Positions 27,401 through 41,928 are shown, counted from the stretch's first letter. The stretch: DNA of 64,000 bases from Takakia lepidozioides (GCA_030704615.1 CM060734.1:38130001-38194000), one strand, 5' to 3'. Numbers and translations: made by a program. The notes: generated by a model not told the origin, from the letters alone.

Positions 27401-28147
27401 GCTATTTCCAGCATGCGTAGTCATGATGACAGTGCGCGCCCCGAGTGTGGAAGGGCCTTCGAGGCCATTCTCTCCCTCACTTCTCTCCGCACCAGGACTT
27501 GGTGGGCGATGGGATGTTGCATTCCTTGTTGTTGAGTCCGAGTGGGGAGGGGTGCTATTGGTTGGGTGGGGGGTATTTTTGGACGTTGGTTTCTACGAAA
27601 TCGATGTTGAGTACCTCCCGGGAAGCCCTCCTCTGGCACCCACGTTTTTTTCATTGCACATTGCGTCATATCACTTAGAACTGCAGAGGGAGTGACACAT
27701 GCCTCTAGTACTTGGGGAGGATTCATTAGGGAGTAAGATTAGAGGTTAGCTCTTTCATGAGCATGAGCGGCATGAGCGGAGTAGCAAGACAATCGGTTTT
27801 CATGAGCAGAAGTACAAATTTTGAAAATAAAAAACATTATAAAACATTAATTTAATGGAATGTGTCAGAAAAAACAAATATATTATTCGGCACCTTGAAG
27901 GGGAAATTGTAGTTTTGAGAGTTGTGCTCATGATATTTTGTCTTCCGCTCATGCCAATTCCCAGCGACATGTGCAAAAATGGCGCCAAATTTCGCGGTAA
28001 TAGGGTCCGTAACTCTCCAAGCCTCCCGGGATTCCACGTGATTGGCTGTTCCCACAGCATCCGGTTCTCCGACCTTCCCAAACTGCCCAAATGAATTGGT
28101 ATACATAGACTTCTCATCATAGGTTAACCCTTAAACTAACAAGCTGT

Positions 28148-28250
28148 TTTTTGGTGGGCCACCCCAAAAGACGGGTATAGCTCCATGGATGAAGGGAGAT
28201 ATGTTTGGTGGGCCACCCCAAAAAACGTATATAGCTCCATGGATGAAGGC
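28148..28250 (+). repeat. ~55-bp direct tandem duplication
   Basis: tttggtgggccaccccaaaa.acg..tatagctccatggatgaagg occurs twice. Confidence 0.8.
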
Positions 28251-28481
28251 ATATCTCCCTGGCCCCAAACATCAAGGTAAATGAATCTTACAACTTCCAT
28301 CCTACCTACTACATGTTCCTACCTATAGGGAGCATATAAGATGACCATTAGTGGGGAGCCATTAGTGGGTATATGCTCCCGGTAGTGGCCATTAGTGGGG
28401 CCATAAGAGATTGCCTTCCAGTAGGAAGGTGGCACCTTTGTAACAATTTGAACCCACAACCACTCATAAGAGGGTATATAC

Positions 28482-28690
28482 CAGTGTTGGGCGGTTACCC
28501 GCCTGGGCCCGGGTAACTGCCGGTTCCGGTTATGTGGAACCGGACTGGAACCGGACCCGCCTGTGCAGAACTGGAACCGGAACCGGAAATTGGGGATTGC
28601 GTGGGAACTGGAACCGGCGGTTCCAGCTACGACCACATGTGTGGGAACCGGGTTTGGGGACTCCAAAGCGGTTCCGGTTCCGGTTCCACC
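28482..28690 (+). mobile_element. hAT-like MITE end (CAGTGTTGGGCGGTTACCC) with GGAACC subterminal repeats
   Basis: CAGTG start and dense ggaaccg/cggttcc repeats. The other end was not found. Confidence 0.45.
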
Positions 28691-31622
28691 CATGGGCTGT
28701 AGCCCTGAGTGTCTCTACAACTCATCCAACTCGCTCTCTCTCGCATACATCTTGCTCGCTACTCCAGTCCAGGTAAGGTTTGTGTTCCATGTCTCCATCT
28801 TCTACTTTATTGTTTGATTTCTCTCTCGCTCTCATTTCATCTCCATCTCCATTCTCTTTCCCTCTTAGATTGATTGATTTAATGTGTTGTTTGTTTACAT
28901 TGCCTATGCCATATGCAAACCACTCATGAAGAGACTCATTGAATTCCTCACAGACAGTGGATCAAGGCAAATGTCGAATTCCCCTATCCCCCATGTCCAC
29001 GACCAGAATTCGTCTAGGCCCATCCATGGCCTCATAGGTTTCAACCACAGTCCCATGGGCCCACTGCACATTGTCGGCATGCAAAACAGGGCCCTCACCT
29101 TCATACAGAACATTGACAATTACTCTAATTTAAGTAACAAATTGTCTAGGCACATGTGAAATCTCATAAGAACCCACAACATCATGCAATGGATCCAACA
29201 TGGACCGCATGACATTCGCAAAACAATTCACAAAGGTAGGACTTGCAAATATGGGGATCCCTTGCGGCCCATCATCAACTTTTCTTCTCAAGTGCCCCAT
29301 CGGAGGTGGGGAACTTGGAAGTCACAAACGCACGAACAGACCCCTTGGCACGAGCTAGTGCCTTCATGGATTTGACTGTCGGCATCGGGCCAAACTACTT
29401 CTCTCAAAATGTTGTTGACAGTGTCACTGAACCCCTATGGATCCCCCTCTTCCCATCTCTCTTTCCACCCCAACAACAAGGCCACTTGCCTATGAAACAA
29501 GAAACGAAAAATTGTGTGCCTTCGGGTGTCTCGGCCAACGATTAGCATGCGGAGGTTGGGGCAAACTAAGCAAGAAATCCAGTGAGAGACAACTAAGAAT
29601 GAGTTTCAACTGGGCCTTAGTGGCATGCTGTTCCTCTAACGCTTAAGAGGACAAGACTTCCACTGCCTTTTCTAGGTGCGATGGAGGTGGTGGTGGCTTG
29701 AGAGAAGCCAGCTGCTTTCGCTTATGAGCCATTACCACCCGCGCCCTTCCCATAACCTCCCATGTGCACTATGCAGGAATCAAAGCAACCGTCAAAACAT
29801 AACCACAAAACAAGGCCTCCCGTTCTGTTGTTGTATAATTGGTCTTAGCAACAACCAACTGAATGGGATGGTCAAAAGACCTCTCGTCTTTTTGGCTTAG
29901 AATACTTCTAATAGCATAACTGCACATGCAACAGAATGTTGATTGCAATATATAAGGTGAAGGAATGCCAAGATAAAACTACAAAGGACGTGGTGTCGCA
30001 CACCTCACTTCGGTAAGCTCCCCTTCAAGTCATAGTTACTCGCTTTGATGCGCGCACCTAACTCCCAAACTGGCCGCCGGGCCAACTCGGAGCTTCGGCT
30101 GCTCACTGGGACATAACGGTCCCCCTTTGTTCCTCCACAAGACCCTCGCTCACTTTGGGCCTAGTGGAAATTCCCTTTGGTTGTTGGCAGTCCGGAACAG
30201 CTCCCCACACCTTGGTCACTTTCCGGCTCGCACGCTTACTCACTAGTTTTTGGTCACCAACGGGCTTGCACCGTTCTCGGGGTTACTACTCCCTATATAT
30301 ACTTCTGTGACTGTCCGCAGGGGTTTCACAAACAACCCAGTCATTTTATGGCGAACCACCACGAAGACCCTCGATTCCCGGTGATGAGTCGTGGTGAGTC
30401 TTGGCCCACCCACCACGGCCCCAATGGACCGTGATGAGTCCCAAGACTCCCCACGACTCCCACCATAAGGTCTCCGCCCCATGGTGAGTCCTAAGCCACC
30501 CCCACTAAGAACTAAGCTATCACCACCCCTCGTGGACCCACCCCCACCGCGACCCGGTGTGCGGGGCTCCACCTAGCGAGCGACTCCGCCTCCTTGAGTG
30601 CCTTGGGCACTCAAGGGTGCTTCAGCCCCCATACCTATTGTTGCCACCGCCCCCACCACACGGGCAGCCCCTCTTGTGTCCCGACCCCCGGCCCTCAAGG
30701 CAAGGGGCCGCGACACACACCCCTACCAACAGGGAGTCGATGTCATCATCGACTTGTCCATTTTGTAGAAACTAACATCCAAGTTGTGGCGTCCAACATC
30801 AAGGAGTTTGTTTCCGTACCATGGCGTACCATGGCAAAGAACCAAACCCCCACTTGACTCTACTCTCCACTAGCTAGTTTGGCCAACTTCCTCCAAGTCT
30901 CGGCCGAGGGTGGAGCCTCTCAAGCTCCACCCAGTGCACTCTTCTTGACCCACTTCAAGGCCAAGGAACGATCTTCCTCGAGGATCGAATCGCCTTATTG
31001 CAACAACATTGCTTACGACCGCTCATGATGCCGCTTTTTGGCATCACCTTGAGCAAGGGTTCAACTTAAACCGATTTTTGACTAGGAAGATAACCTTGAA
31101 CCAACTGTGCGCCCCAATCACTACAATTGGTTCCGCCTTTGGAATGTTGGCCTGAGGTATGGGAACACGCCGAAGCCGCACTACGACTTCGTCTCGAGGC
31201 TACACGATTATAGTACGTGAACGGAAGCACGTAGCTTCCGTGTTAGCCCGCACTACAAGGCAACCCCTTGGTAGCGCAGTTATAGTACGCGCACGCGCCA
31301 GGTGCGCACTAGCACGTGAACTCCCAAAGAAGGCGCAAGTTTCCTTGCCCCTTGGATGGGAGTCACCCGATTTTGGCACTGCGCAAATACACGATTAATC
31401 CAATTTACCTCTCCCACTTTTGTAAGCTAGCATGCATTCTACACACTAGCCAACCATACCATGCATCACCATTCCCAACAACATATGACGCACAACATTT
31501 GGAAACCATTTCATTTATAAACAAAATTTGTACAACACAAGTTTTTGCAATCGGATTCCTGAGTTAGCTAAGCCGGACTAAGCATGCATTTCCTCCCCCA
31601 CTATCCAAGGTTGATGTCCCCA

Positions 31623-33425
31623 TCAACGTTTCGTCCGCTTTTGAGGTCGCCCTTCGAAAGCTGCAACCGCCTCGGATGCGTTTCCTATTTCCAAGGCACG
31701 CACCCAAGTTGCCTCTACTTGATGATAGCCCTTCCATTTCACGAGATACTCCGTTTCTCGATTCTTGAACCTCCTCGACTTAAGCACTGCCTCCACCTCG
31801 TACTCAGGTTCATTTTCATAATCCAACAGCACAAGTGGTGGACGCAACACTTGATGCCGATTCGGACACGCTTCATCTTTGAAGTAAGGCTTCAAAAGGA
31901 AGACGTTGAATACCAGATACACCTTGTTGTTTGCCGGCAGCTCCAATTCATACACATCCTCATTCATAACCTTCCGGATGCGAAAGGGCCCCGCATACGA
32001 AGGTACGAACTTCGGACTCACTTCCGGAGGTAGTCAAAAATTCTTGATGTTCAACCAGACCTCCGTGCCTGCCTCAAACTTAACTTCCCTCCGCTTCCGA
32101 TTCGCCTGCCGTTCATACCGTTTCCTAGCTTTGGCAATGTTGTACTTTGCGAGCTCCAACAAACGCTCACGTTCTTCCAGCACCGCTGCTGCTGCCGGTT
32201 CCACAACGTCCTGGGCGGCCCAACTTGTCGGCACCAGAGGTGCTTTTCCATAGACCAATACGAAAGGGGAAACTCCTGTTGTGGAGCGTTTTGTGTTATT
32301 ATAACAATACTCTGTCGCATCCAAGTGCTCCACCTAGTCTGATTGGTCTGCCGACACATAACTCCGCAAGATCTGCTTCACCACGGAATTCACTCTTTCC
32401 GTTTGGCCGTCCGTCGTAGGTTGGAAGGCGGTACTCATCTTGAGCCTCATCCCCATTTTCTTCCAAAGTGCCCTCCAAAATTTACTTATAGACTTTGGAT
32501 CGCGGTCCGAGACAGTATCATTCGGAAGTCCATGATGCTTGAAGACGTGGGCGAAGTAAAGTCGTCCCGTCTCCTGCGCCATTGTCGTCTCCTTAGTGGG
32601 AATGAAATGGCCCATTTTACTAAATCTATCCACCACCACCATGATTGTATTGAATCCTCTTGATAGCGGTATAGCAGTCATGACATCCATCGAGACACTT
32701 TCCCAAGACCCCTCTGGAATCGGCAAGGGTTGTAACAGCCCCGCTTGCTTTTTGTACTCGTTCCGGTTTTGTTGGCATGTGGTGCATGTTTTGACATACT
32801 CCTTGGCCTCCTCCCTCAATTTGGGCCAGAAATACTCTTTCTTCAAGAGTGCCGCGGTGCGCTTTGGCTCCGCCGTGGCCTGCAAGCGGGCCATCGTGGC
32901 ATTCTCTCAAGAGACTATCTCTGATCCCTCCTTTTAGCACGTAGAGACGCTTTTGCTTATACCGGAGCAGTCCATTGTGCAAGTGGAACTGCGATTTAAT
33001 CCCCAACCTCAAGTCCCGCATCACGGCCTTCGTCATCTCATCCTTTCAGTAAGCCTTCCGGATCTTCCTTTGGAGCGCTGTCTCGCCCCTTACACTAACA
33101 TGAGCTGTTGCTTTCTACTGAAAGCATCAGCCACCACATTGTCTCGTCCCGGTTTATACTGGATATCCACGTCGAACACTGACAAAGTGTCTTGTCACCT
33201 AAGTTGTTTTGGGGACAACTTAGGCTGTGTGGCAAAATACTTCACCATGACATTGTCTGTGAACACCTTCACCGGGTTGGAACCAACATAGTGGCGCCAA
33301 AGCTCAAGGCAATGCACCACCACCTTCATTTATTTCTCGTGCGTAGGCCACCGCCGCTCCACTTCATTCAGTTTCTTACTTTCGTAAGCTACTAGACATC
33401 CATCCTGCATGAGCACACCCCCAAA
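31623..33425 (-). mobile_element. Ty3/Gypsy chromovirus pol remnant (RNase H, integrase, chromodomain), 5'-truncated, nested in the giant element
   Basis: GGVLMQDG..VAYESKKL, IQYKPGRDNVVADAFS, ECHDGPLAGHGG, YFWPKL..YVKTCTTCQ, VVVDRFSKMGHF, TDGQTERVN, GPFRI, EYEVEAVL..YLVKWKGY..EATW. Stops and frameshifts are present. Confidence 0.92.
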
Positions 33426-34719
33426 TGAGAGCTCATATTCTGTCAGTTGCCAACGCAATTCCATCAGTGACGAAGGTCAACGAAGGTCAACACGAACATT
33501 TCAATCTGCCCAACGAACCTGCCCGGAAAAATTAAAATTTTAGAGTTTGAAATTGAATACAATATCACATTCCAAATGACAAAAGAGCCACCTTCGTTCA
33601 ACTTAGGTCCAACAAATTTATATTTTCACCTGCATCCCTGAACATTTTTGCAGCACACGATAAACCAAGGTAGAGATATAAATGGCTAAAAAACATGCAG
33701 ATTTCTTCCACGTACATGCAACCTAGTTTCGAATGTTGCAGTGACCAAAGAAGCCATAAAGAGGGTCACCTTCGTTCACCAAAGGTCATAGTCGATAGCT
33801 GGGCAACCCAAGATGTAAAAAATAGGAGGGCCGAAGGTACAAGCTTGACCCGGTCGAGTGTGATCAAATTCGGAGAAATCGACGGTGGGAATTCACATGC
33901 ATCTACCATAGGGCACAATTGATAAATGTAACAATAGAAAACGAGAGACCCTCGTACACTCTGGGTCATGTCAACTGCATGAATGGAATATATCTCTACA
34001 CAATGACGACCAAGGAAAAAACAAAATGCGACAAAATGGAAGAATGCATTAACTGGGGAATGCAGTTTTGAACATTCGAGGAGATGGGAGAATTTGACAT
34101 GCTTCATAAATGTAACACAGGTGGTAACAAATTGCAAGTATTTGACAAATATCTTCTGGGGTTGTGTCATCTGATCTTATACACCACAACAAGCAAGGAG
34201 ATCACATCGGACCTGGGATTAAATAGCATTATTACCCATTTTTTTGAAATGTGACATGTATGGTCCCAAAATGTAAATATCCCAAATGTGATGAAATGTG
34301 CTATTCAGAAGTATCCTCAGATCCCAAATCTATTACACAGTCGGGCAAAACATCGACTGAGCTTGTGCCCATACTACTGTTGGACATGTCACATGCCTCG
34401 GTAGCCTCGTCCAGAATATAAACATAACTATCATTCCCAAATAAGGACTTCTTCCGTGTCCAGGTGATGGTGTTATCCCACTCCTTGTCGTGATTTGATG
34501 CCGCTTGTCTTTGGGCTGCCACCTCTGCATACATTGGGAGCTCCGGAAACAATTGTGGGCTCAAGGCCAACTCAACGTCGTAGGTATACAATGGTCCTCC
34601 CATCCTCCGCCTCTTCACGACCGGTTGCCTGAACATTTGTGGTCATATGGTCAAAACCACATACTGAATGGAAACGATTAATACAGCAACGTTGCAAGCA
34701 GGGTAATGAAATGACTCAC

Positions 34720-35672
34720 TCACAAATCGCCCTCGCCATCTGATCCGTCCACAATATATTTGACCGCAGACTTTTGAGGAGGTTGCAAAGCAGCTCGTCT
34801 TTTCTTCTGACTGGAATCATTCAATCGCCGCAAAAGGTCTTCAAACAACTCTTTGTCCCCCTCCATTGCAACGATGTGTCTCCCGGATGTACTTGCCGCT
34901 TTCACCGAATTCCCTACAGTAGTAATTTAGACGGAATGAGATCCAGTGAGATGCAGTGTAACTGTTAAAGCATAATACCTAGGAAGCCAAAGCCAGAAGG
35001 CGCGATATGATGAAGGTTTTACAAGACAAAAAGTGTAAAAATGCCTACAAGCCAAACATATCCATAAATTTGTTAGAACTCCATATTGAAGGACCTCTGT
35101 CCCTAAATTGCTCACCTTGAAAGAACCGCAACTATTTGGACTCTTTTGGATACACGGCCACAGTCTGTCATTGCAAATGCCCAATCACCAGATAAGAGGA
35201 GGAATGAGAAAATATTACCTGTTGATGCCGTGATATCCAAAACCCTCGCACCCTCATAGGAACATAACTCCATGAGTGTTTGATAGAACGCAGGGGATTT
35301 TTCTTTGCGTCCTCTGTAAGGGTTGCCTTCGGGTGATACTGTCATCTCAGATGCTGGAAGATAGTGTCTCAACAGATCCCCGGTGAAACAATCCGAGTTC
35401 TTTGAAAAAGAGACCTTTGTTCACTGATCTGAAAGTCCTTGCAGGACTCCAGCACCAAACAATGCACTTCGAAGACAAATGTTTGTGCACATACAGAGGA
35501 AGGGAAACAGATTAGCACTCCAACAAATACCACCACAAGTGATGGAAATGTAAATCAAAAGGGAAATAGATTAGCACTCCAAGGAACACCACCACAAACG
35601 CCTGAAATGTAAAGCATAAGATCTCACCTTCCCTGTGTTGCAATTCAAAGCTTTGTCATTGATGCATGTCCA
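34720..35672 (-). pseudogene. 3' half of N4/N6 DNA-methyltransferase-like gene 1 (exons ~35672-35628, ~35490-35219, 34913-34720)
   Basis: PYRGRKEKSPAFYQTLMELCSYEGARVLDITASTG|NSVKAASTSGRHIVAMEGD resembles the K.P..l...S.eg..VLDpF.GSGt..AA..lgR..i..E signature of PF01555-type methylases. The GT-AG intron 35218-34914 restores the frame. Confidence 0.72.
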
Positions 35673-38600
35673 CACTAGAAGCATTCGTGTCATTTACCAC
35701 TGGGGTAACGACTCATTTTGAGTCGTAAAAGTCAAAAAGCTGGGATCGACTGGAAGTTACAAACGACTAGTTACAACAGACGTGGTTGGGTTGGACATCT
35801 AATGATTGGAGTGGTAAAGGACGCAGACGCGTGAACAACTTCTCAGCAATTAATGAAGAACCACGTGGCGTAACCAAGCGGGCCGCCCGTGTGTCTGACC
35901 TTTTGGGCTGACTTTGACTTTTCCCTCCTGATGAGTGGACCGACTCACCGAAGCGCGGGGACACATGGACGCGGACGTGTATGACGATGTGGATGCCGAC
36001 GTGGTGGCACCACGACGAGCAGCACTACTGCCACGTGGCCACGGGCCCGGGGCGCCACGTGGTAGTAGACCACATAACTTGCAGTGCTACATGCCCAGTG
36101 GCAATTGCGACTGCGGAAGTTGGCGCAACCACTGCTTTACTACTTTACATGAAGTGCTCGAAATTACTTGAACAATCATTCATAGTGATTCATGCTTTGG
36201 AGTTTTGGTGTTTGTAGTGAGTCGACTAGTAATGCCATACAAGAGAACTAATCATGCATTAGAAATGCACAAACGATGAAAGACATGCCATGAAACAAAA
36301 TGAAATGAAAATGAATGAAATGAAACAAAATGGTACTTTATTACATCTGCGGAAAGCTCAAAGAGCTTATGGGACAAGTAAAAAAGCAGCCCAAAAGCTA
36401 CTGCTGCTCTGGGGATTGCCTAAGGGTCAAGGCCTCGTGCAAGTAAGCTGCCAAGCAATTCTAATCCTCATAATGCAAGACTTCAGTGAGTTCCACGGAA
36501 TAGACCATCTACCCATGGAGGTTTCTTGTAGTTATTGATCCACAGGGAATCATAGGTAATCTTGTGCTTGAAATTTGGCCCTCTAGGATGAATCTGGACC
36601 ACACTCTATCCCTGCTCCTTCAGCTATCCATGCCCCCTGCACAAATCATGCATTCATCCTTGCCTTGCTGCTAGTAGCTGACAATGACAACCTACATTTG
36701 TTCTAGGAAACACCCAACTCAGCTTATCACACTAGTTCCTATGCTCAATTGCATCTGCTACTCTCTGAAATGTAGCAGGCATTCACCTTTTTGCCTCGGT
36801 TGTCCCATCATTGACTGGGGGCAGAAAAGTATTCATTCCACAGCTTCTCCTCATGTCTGTTACTTGTTTTTTGATACTTTCCTGTTGTCACATAGCAGTA
36901 TCATGTCAAAGTCACTCCAAACTAGATTCACTCAACCAGCTAACTTGCAGAATTCAACATGGAAATTTTGGGCCGATTCTGATAAGAGGGAAAAACAGGG
37001 TGAAATGTGCTGAAGAAGATGCCTTCATTAACAATGTCTGATTTTATCAATTGTGCCGTTGCTGCCAGTTGACCATCTACCCATGCAGGTTTCTTGTAGC
37101 TTCATAGTTAATCTGGAGCTTGAAGTCCGGCCCTCTTGGGTGAATCTGCTCCCACACTCTATCCTTGCTCCTTCAGCTATCCATGCCTCGCACGAATCAT
37201 GCATACAACCTTGCCTTGTTGCTAGCAGTTGACGATGACAGCCTAGACTTGTTCTAGGAAGCACCCAACTCAACTTATCACACTAGTTCCTACGCTCAAT
37301 TGCATCTGCTACTCTATATAATCCAACAAACATTCACCTTCTTGCCTCGATTGTCCCACCATTGACTGGGGTCAGAAAAGTATTCATTCCACAACTTCTC
37401 CTCGTCTGTGTTACCTGTTTCTGATACTTTCCTGTTGTCACATTAGCAGAATCATGTCAAAGTCACTCCAAACTATCAAAGCTTCACTCAACCAGCTAAC
37501 TTGCAAAATTCAGACATGAATAATTAGGGGCGATTATGATAAGAGGGGAAAACAAGGTGAAATTGAAGAAGGTGCCTTCATTAGCAGTCATTACACTCTA
37601 TCCTTCGCTCAGCCATATTGTTGAACACTCCCTGTCCACAAGGGTATTGTTCAGAATGACATTTGCCACAATTCCAGCTTTGACGATGCAACCATGGACA
37701 ACTTTGCCCTTCCCCAGCAGGCTCGCACATGCACTACAAATGCAAACAAAACTGGTTGTGGCAAACTGGGAGCAATATGTGTCAGAAGAAACCACTGATA
37801 CAAATTTACAGCTTACAGGCTGTCTCTATCCTCAAAATTGGCAGCACATCACCCGCTGCTATGACATTTATTGCCCTAGACACACATTGCTCTAACTGCC
37901 ATCCCCCAAGATGCTACCCCCACCAGACTTCTCTCACTTGGGTCCTTGCAAGGCTGACTTCCAGCTTTGACTCTGTGCGTGGGGCCTATCGGACAACATA
38001 CACCAGCAAGCCCTCCCCCTATCCTGCATCAATTCATCTCAGTCTTATCAACTGCACAACGTGTGATGGGAGTGAGTGCAACATGGGAAAGAGCCACAAC
38101 ACATGATGAGCTGTAGGGAAGAAGCAACATCGTGCAAGTAAAGCAAATGATGAAGCAGAAAGACAAGGCAACATGGGATAAGGGAAATGGGGTCCAAGGG
38201 CTGAGAAGGTCAACTGGTCAACAATGAGGAACTGGCTCTGGAGCACTATGTTGATGATTAAAGGGAGCAGCAAATACATGTGGGGCATCGCAGCAAAGTG
38301 CATGCCAACGAGGGTCAGAATAGTGCAAGAAAGACTCCACGGATGGTGGGCAGCCAAGGGAGATGCAGTGAGACAAGGCACTCATGGCAAGGGAGCTGCC
38401 AAGACAAAACAGTTGATTAAGCTACAGAGAAAAAGGAAAGCACAAGATCAACTACGAGGAAAAGTAGCAATTCAGGCATGGGAGCTGCTGCTAAAACATG
38501 AGGAGGAAGACATACGAGGTGAAGCATCAAGGGAACCGGTAGAAGATGAGGAAGATGGAGCACACTTTCCTGTCAAAGGTTGGCGGTCGAAGAATGCAAC

Positions 38601-39090
38601 CCAGCAATCAGAAAGTGAGGCACCCGTGGCTGGACTGCTGCAAAGAGGTACAAAGACAGGAGCTGAGAATGAGATGTTGCCTTTCGTTGAAGTTCCCCAC
38701 ACAAGGGCTGTTTGGCAAGCAAAACCCCAGGCAAGGATGAGAGGTGAATCTGGGATAAAACCAGCAGCTGGAAGTGAGGAAAGACACAAGGAAGGGCATC
38801 AATACCTTGTCAAATCTAAGGGTGATGGCTGAAGAAAATTAAACAAGGACTGGAAGTATGGGAGCAGCAATCGCATGAAGAAAAATCTGCCTGAGAGGCT
38901 GAAGAGTGAAAGGGAGGAAGACAGGCACCTCGCTTATGAAAAGTGGAAGGGCAGGGTAGAAAACCTGATGCCTGAAACTGATGGGAGCTCGTGGGAGAGA
39001 AAATGTTGTGAAGCGTTTCATGATGGGGCTATTCAATTAGCCTAAGCCCAAAAATTGTTGGAGGATGGATAGAAACTTGTAGACCTTTGA
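35673..39090. mobile_element. CACTA element, part 1 (terminus plus captured gene fragments)
   Basis: TIR CACTAGAAGCATTCGTGTC at 35673, preceded by cca (TGG on -). ACGAC/GTCGT subterminal motifs. Contains a PPR fragment (37598-37795). The right boundary is approximate. Confidence 0.75.
36590..37585 (+). repeat. Two diverged ~440-bp direct copies about 550 bp apart inside the CACTA
   Basis: gaatctg..ccacactctatcc.tgctccttcagctatccatgcc...gataagaggg.aaaaca.ggtgaaat...gccttcatta at ~36590-37030 and ~37142-37585. Confidence 0.85.
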
Positions 39091-39279
39091 CTGTACATCA
39101 TGATTGAATAAACGTTGTTTTCAATTGTGTTTGTCTCGTACCATCATGTGTTAATGGTTTGTTACTTGGCCATAGCACCTAGGTCCATCATATGGGATAA
39201 TCAAGCACCACACCCACGAATCTTGACACTCGCAAAGTTTCAAATCAATCTAAAATCATTTGGCAAGGGAACAATTGGT

Positions 39280-40047
39280 TCACCCATTGACCCGGTGTAC
39301 ACTGTGTGCCGACTCAGGCCCAGCAGGGACACGTCTTTTATTTCTCTTCTCCTCCGCTTTCGCGTGCAGATCTTTCTCCGATTCGTCAACAAGTCCGCCA
39401 GACATGTCTAGGTACCACGGGCATCCAACGAGATGCGCGACATGCCATTGTTTCTGCATGTTTGGTAGGTAGACACAGCTTGGGCCCGCCACGGTCCAAG
39501 CCATGAAGAACGGTGGCTCTTGAGCCAGGGCCCCTGTCTTAAGAAGCACGTATTTCATATACCTGCAAGACAGTCAGCATGCGTGAGCACAAGTTATGAC
39601 CATGTATTCGCAAAGTGCAACCGGAAAGATAAAGTGCGAATGCGGTGCCGCATTTCCTAGACAAACCTCATAACCCAGCTTTTGCAAACAACGGGAGCTG
39701 GGCTTCACCTGTACATAATTCACATTGCAGCTTTTCCTGCCCCCTCCTGGTGTGTAAACTCCATGCTCCTTGTTGTTGTTTGCAGCTCCTTGGCGAAGAG
39801 GTTGTCCTTGTACGCACATCTGAAACGTGTCACGTAATCTTCCAATGTCTGTGTTCCATCCCATTTAACGTACAAGCCGAACGAATTTGTATGCATTACG
39901 ACTTGCTCCTTCGCATTCGTCATTACCTGCGTTTCCAACATGCATGTCACGTAGCAATTCACGGAATTCATTCCAGCAAAGCAAAGCGGGGGAAGTACCT
40001 TGAATTACCTGGAACCACCAAGTCATGCGGTTGAGCCACACATCCAA
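39280..40047 (-). pseudogene. Spliced continuation of the kinase-like gene (middle exons)
   Basis: Exon-like frames LDVWLNRMTWWFQ|gtaatt, cag|VMTNAKEQ...FRCAYKDNLF and cag|..YMKYVLLKTG...HLVGCPWYLDM, with canonical splice signals. Confidence 0.5.
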
Positions 40048-40052
40048 TGCAG

Positions 40053-41928
40053 GGTCGGAAACTTCGAGTGGAAAAGACCACATGGTCCTTATACTCTCCG
40101 ATGCATTCCAGATCGGGCTCAGCAAAGAAGGCACTCTTCAACCCCCCGGAGGGGCACCCTTTCGAGCCGGTGGAAATGAAGAGGCCGAAAGTGGAGCCAG
40201 AAACAATAGTTCAGTGTGTCAATGAGAGTTTCTTGGCGGCTTTGGATGGACGTGCAGCCAAGTTGGCATACATCAAGACCATGGAGGGTCTGAAGGGCAG
40301 AGCACTGAAGAAGGCGGCTGAAGCAAAACCTTCCGACACCCCTGGGTTTCTGAAGATGGTCTCGTTCTTTGAGAAGGTGTGTGCAGGGAAGGATTGCAGG
40401 AGGGGCGGAAAAGCCACCGAGTGGTCTTGCGATATGATCATCTTGGATATTCCGGACGGAGAGCCTATGGAAGGACTGCAAGCTTTGCCATCTTGGAACA
40501 GGTACTCCGAGGACTTTTGGAAGAAAGGATTCGGGCTCGTCTGCATGGTGTTGGACGACAGAGGCTGTGTGGTTGTCCTGGCGAGCAGAGGCAAAAACAC
40601 GGAGACAGGAATTGCGAAGTGGAACCGCAAGAGCGCCGTCCCAATTCTGAAGAAGAAGTGGACTTGCATCAACACATTGGGCCTTCGGTCGGAAGGGAAG
40701 AAGGTAATTAGGACATTAGCAATCGTCCTTTCATTTTGTAACCTGTTTTGAAATGCGGTGCCGCATTCGATTTCTAATCGTTCCCCACTGTGTATGCAGA
40801 CGAAGCAGTTCGATGCATACTGCTTTGTGAAGGAGAACTTGACCTTTGCTTTTCGGAAGGAGGGATTGCTGGTTGACCCGAACTGCGACCCCATCGATTA
40901 CGACGTCCTGTTCAACAACGTTCCCACGGAACTCCTCCCCCATAGCCTCACTTCAACGGATCCCCTGCGGTATTCACGGACTCGGAGCCCTGCCTTCATC
41001 CAGACAATTATGGAGGCATGCACTGACTTAGAAGGCAGAGTGCTGGACCTCATCTGTGGAACAGGTATGCAGATTCTTGTACTATGCTGTTCTGTGAATT
41101 CTCATTCCGTTCAAATTCGCCATGTGTGAAGGGCCATTTATTAATGAGTGGATGGCATTGTAACATGTGCCTCAATGTGGGCTGGGCGATGTTCCGACCG
41201 ACACCTCTTTGCCTACGAGGAGGACACATCCGTCTAGGGATTCCATCTGGAAGTGCTTCAACGGAATGTGAAGGCTCCAATCGAAGCCAAAGATTCCCCG
41301 GATGAGGAGTCGGACTCGGAGGAAGAGACAGTGGACATTGATGCCGAGGAGAACCCGGAATACGAGTGAGTGCAAACATTGTAAGTTTGCAAAGCCTTCT
41401 GGGTGATTTTTTCTCACACGCATTTCCGGACTGTGGTGGGTGATTGTTATGTGCAGGATTCCAGGATCCGGGTCGAAACCTATAGGGCCTACATTTCTTG
41501 CCAGGAGGAATGTCCCGTTCTTTGCGAGGACCGACTTCATGAAGAGCCCGGTGAAGGACTACTCCCTTCCTAGTTATGCAGCTAAACTCGCAAAAACAGC
41601 GATTAGACGATATGAGAATCCCAGTAAAGTAGAGCTGATTTTGGAGAGGGCTAGGGAGGACAGAAGGATAAGGAAAGAGTTAGCAGCAACAGAGAAAGGT
41701 AGACGGGTGCGAAAGTATATATGTGATTCGGCGGAAGAGAGCGATGCAGACAGGGAGGACGACGACCCAACGGAGGTGAGATGGTCGGTTCCGCAAGGGG
41801 AAGATGGGATTTTCGAAAGCCTGGCCAACGAGCAGTCCGCTGGACATGAGAAAGGCAATGAAGGGGTGGAAGGGGAGCAGGACAGTCAAGGACAGGACGA
41901 CAATAGTGATGATTTTCAAGATTCATAG
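40053..41928 (+). pseudogene. N4/N6 DNA-methyltransferase-like gene 2 (exons ~40053-40703, 40800-41064, then degenerate/acidic C-terminal exons)
   Basis: CDMIILDIPDG (motif IV position), WN.YSEDFWKKGFGLVCMVLDDRGCVVV, and RSPAFIQTIMEACTDLEGRVLDLICGTG (motif I). Beta-class motif order. Introns fall after ...GK(K)| and ...TG|, the same positions as in gene 1. Confidence 0.7.

Noticed and set aside
38224-38832. 202-aa ORF as a gene
   Set aside because: It is purine-rich sequence inside the CACTA cargo with no recognisable domain.
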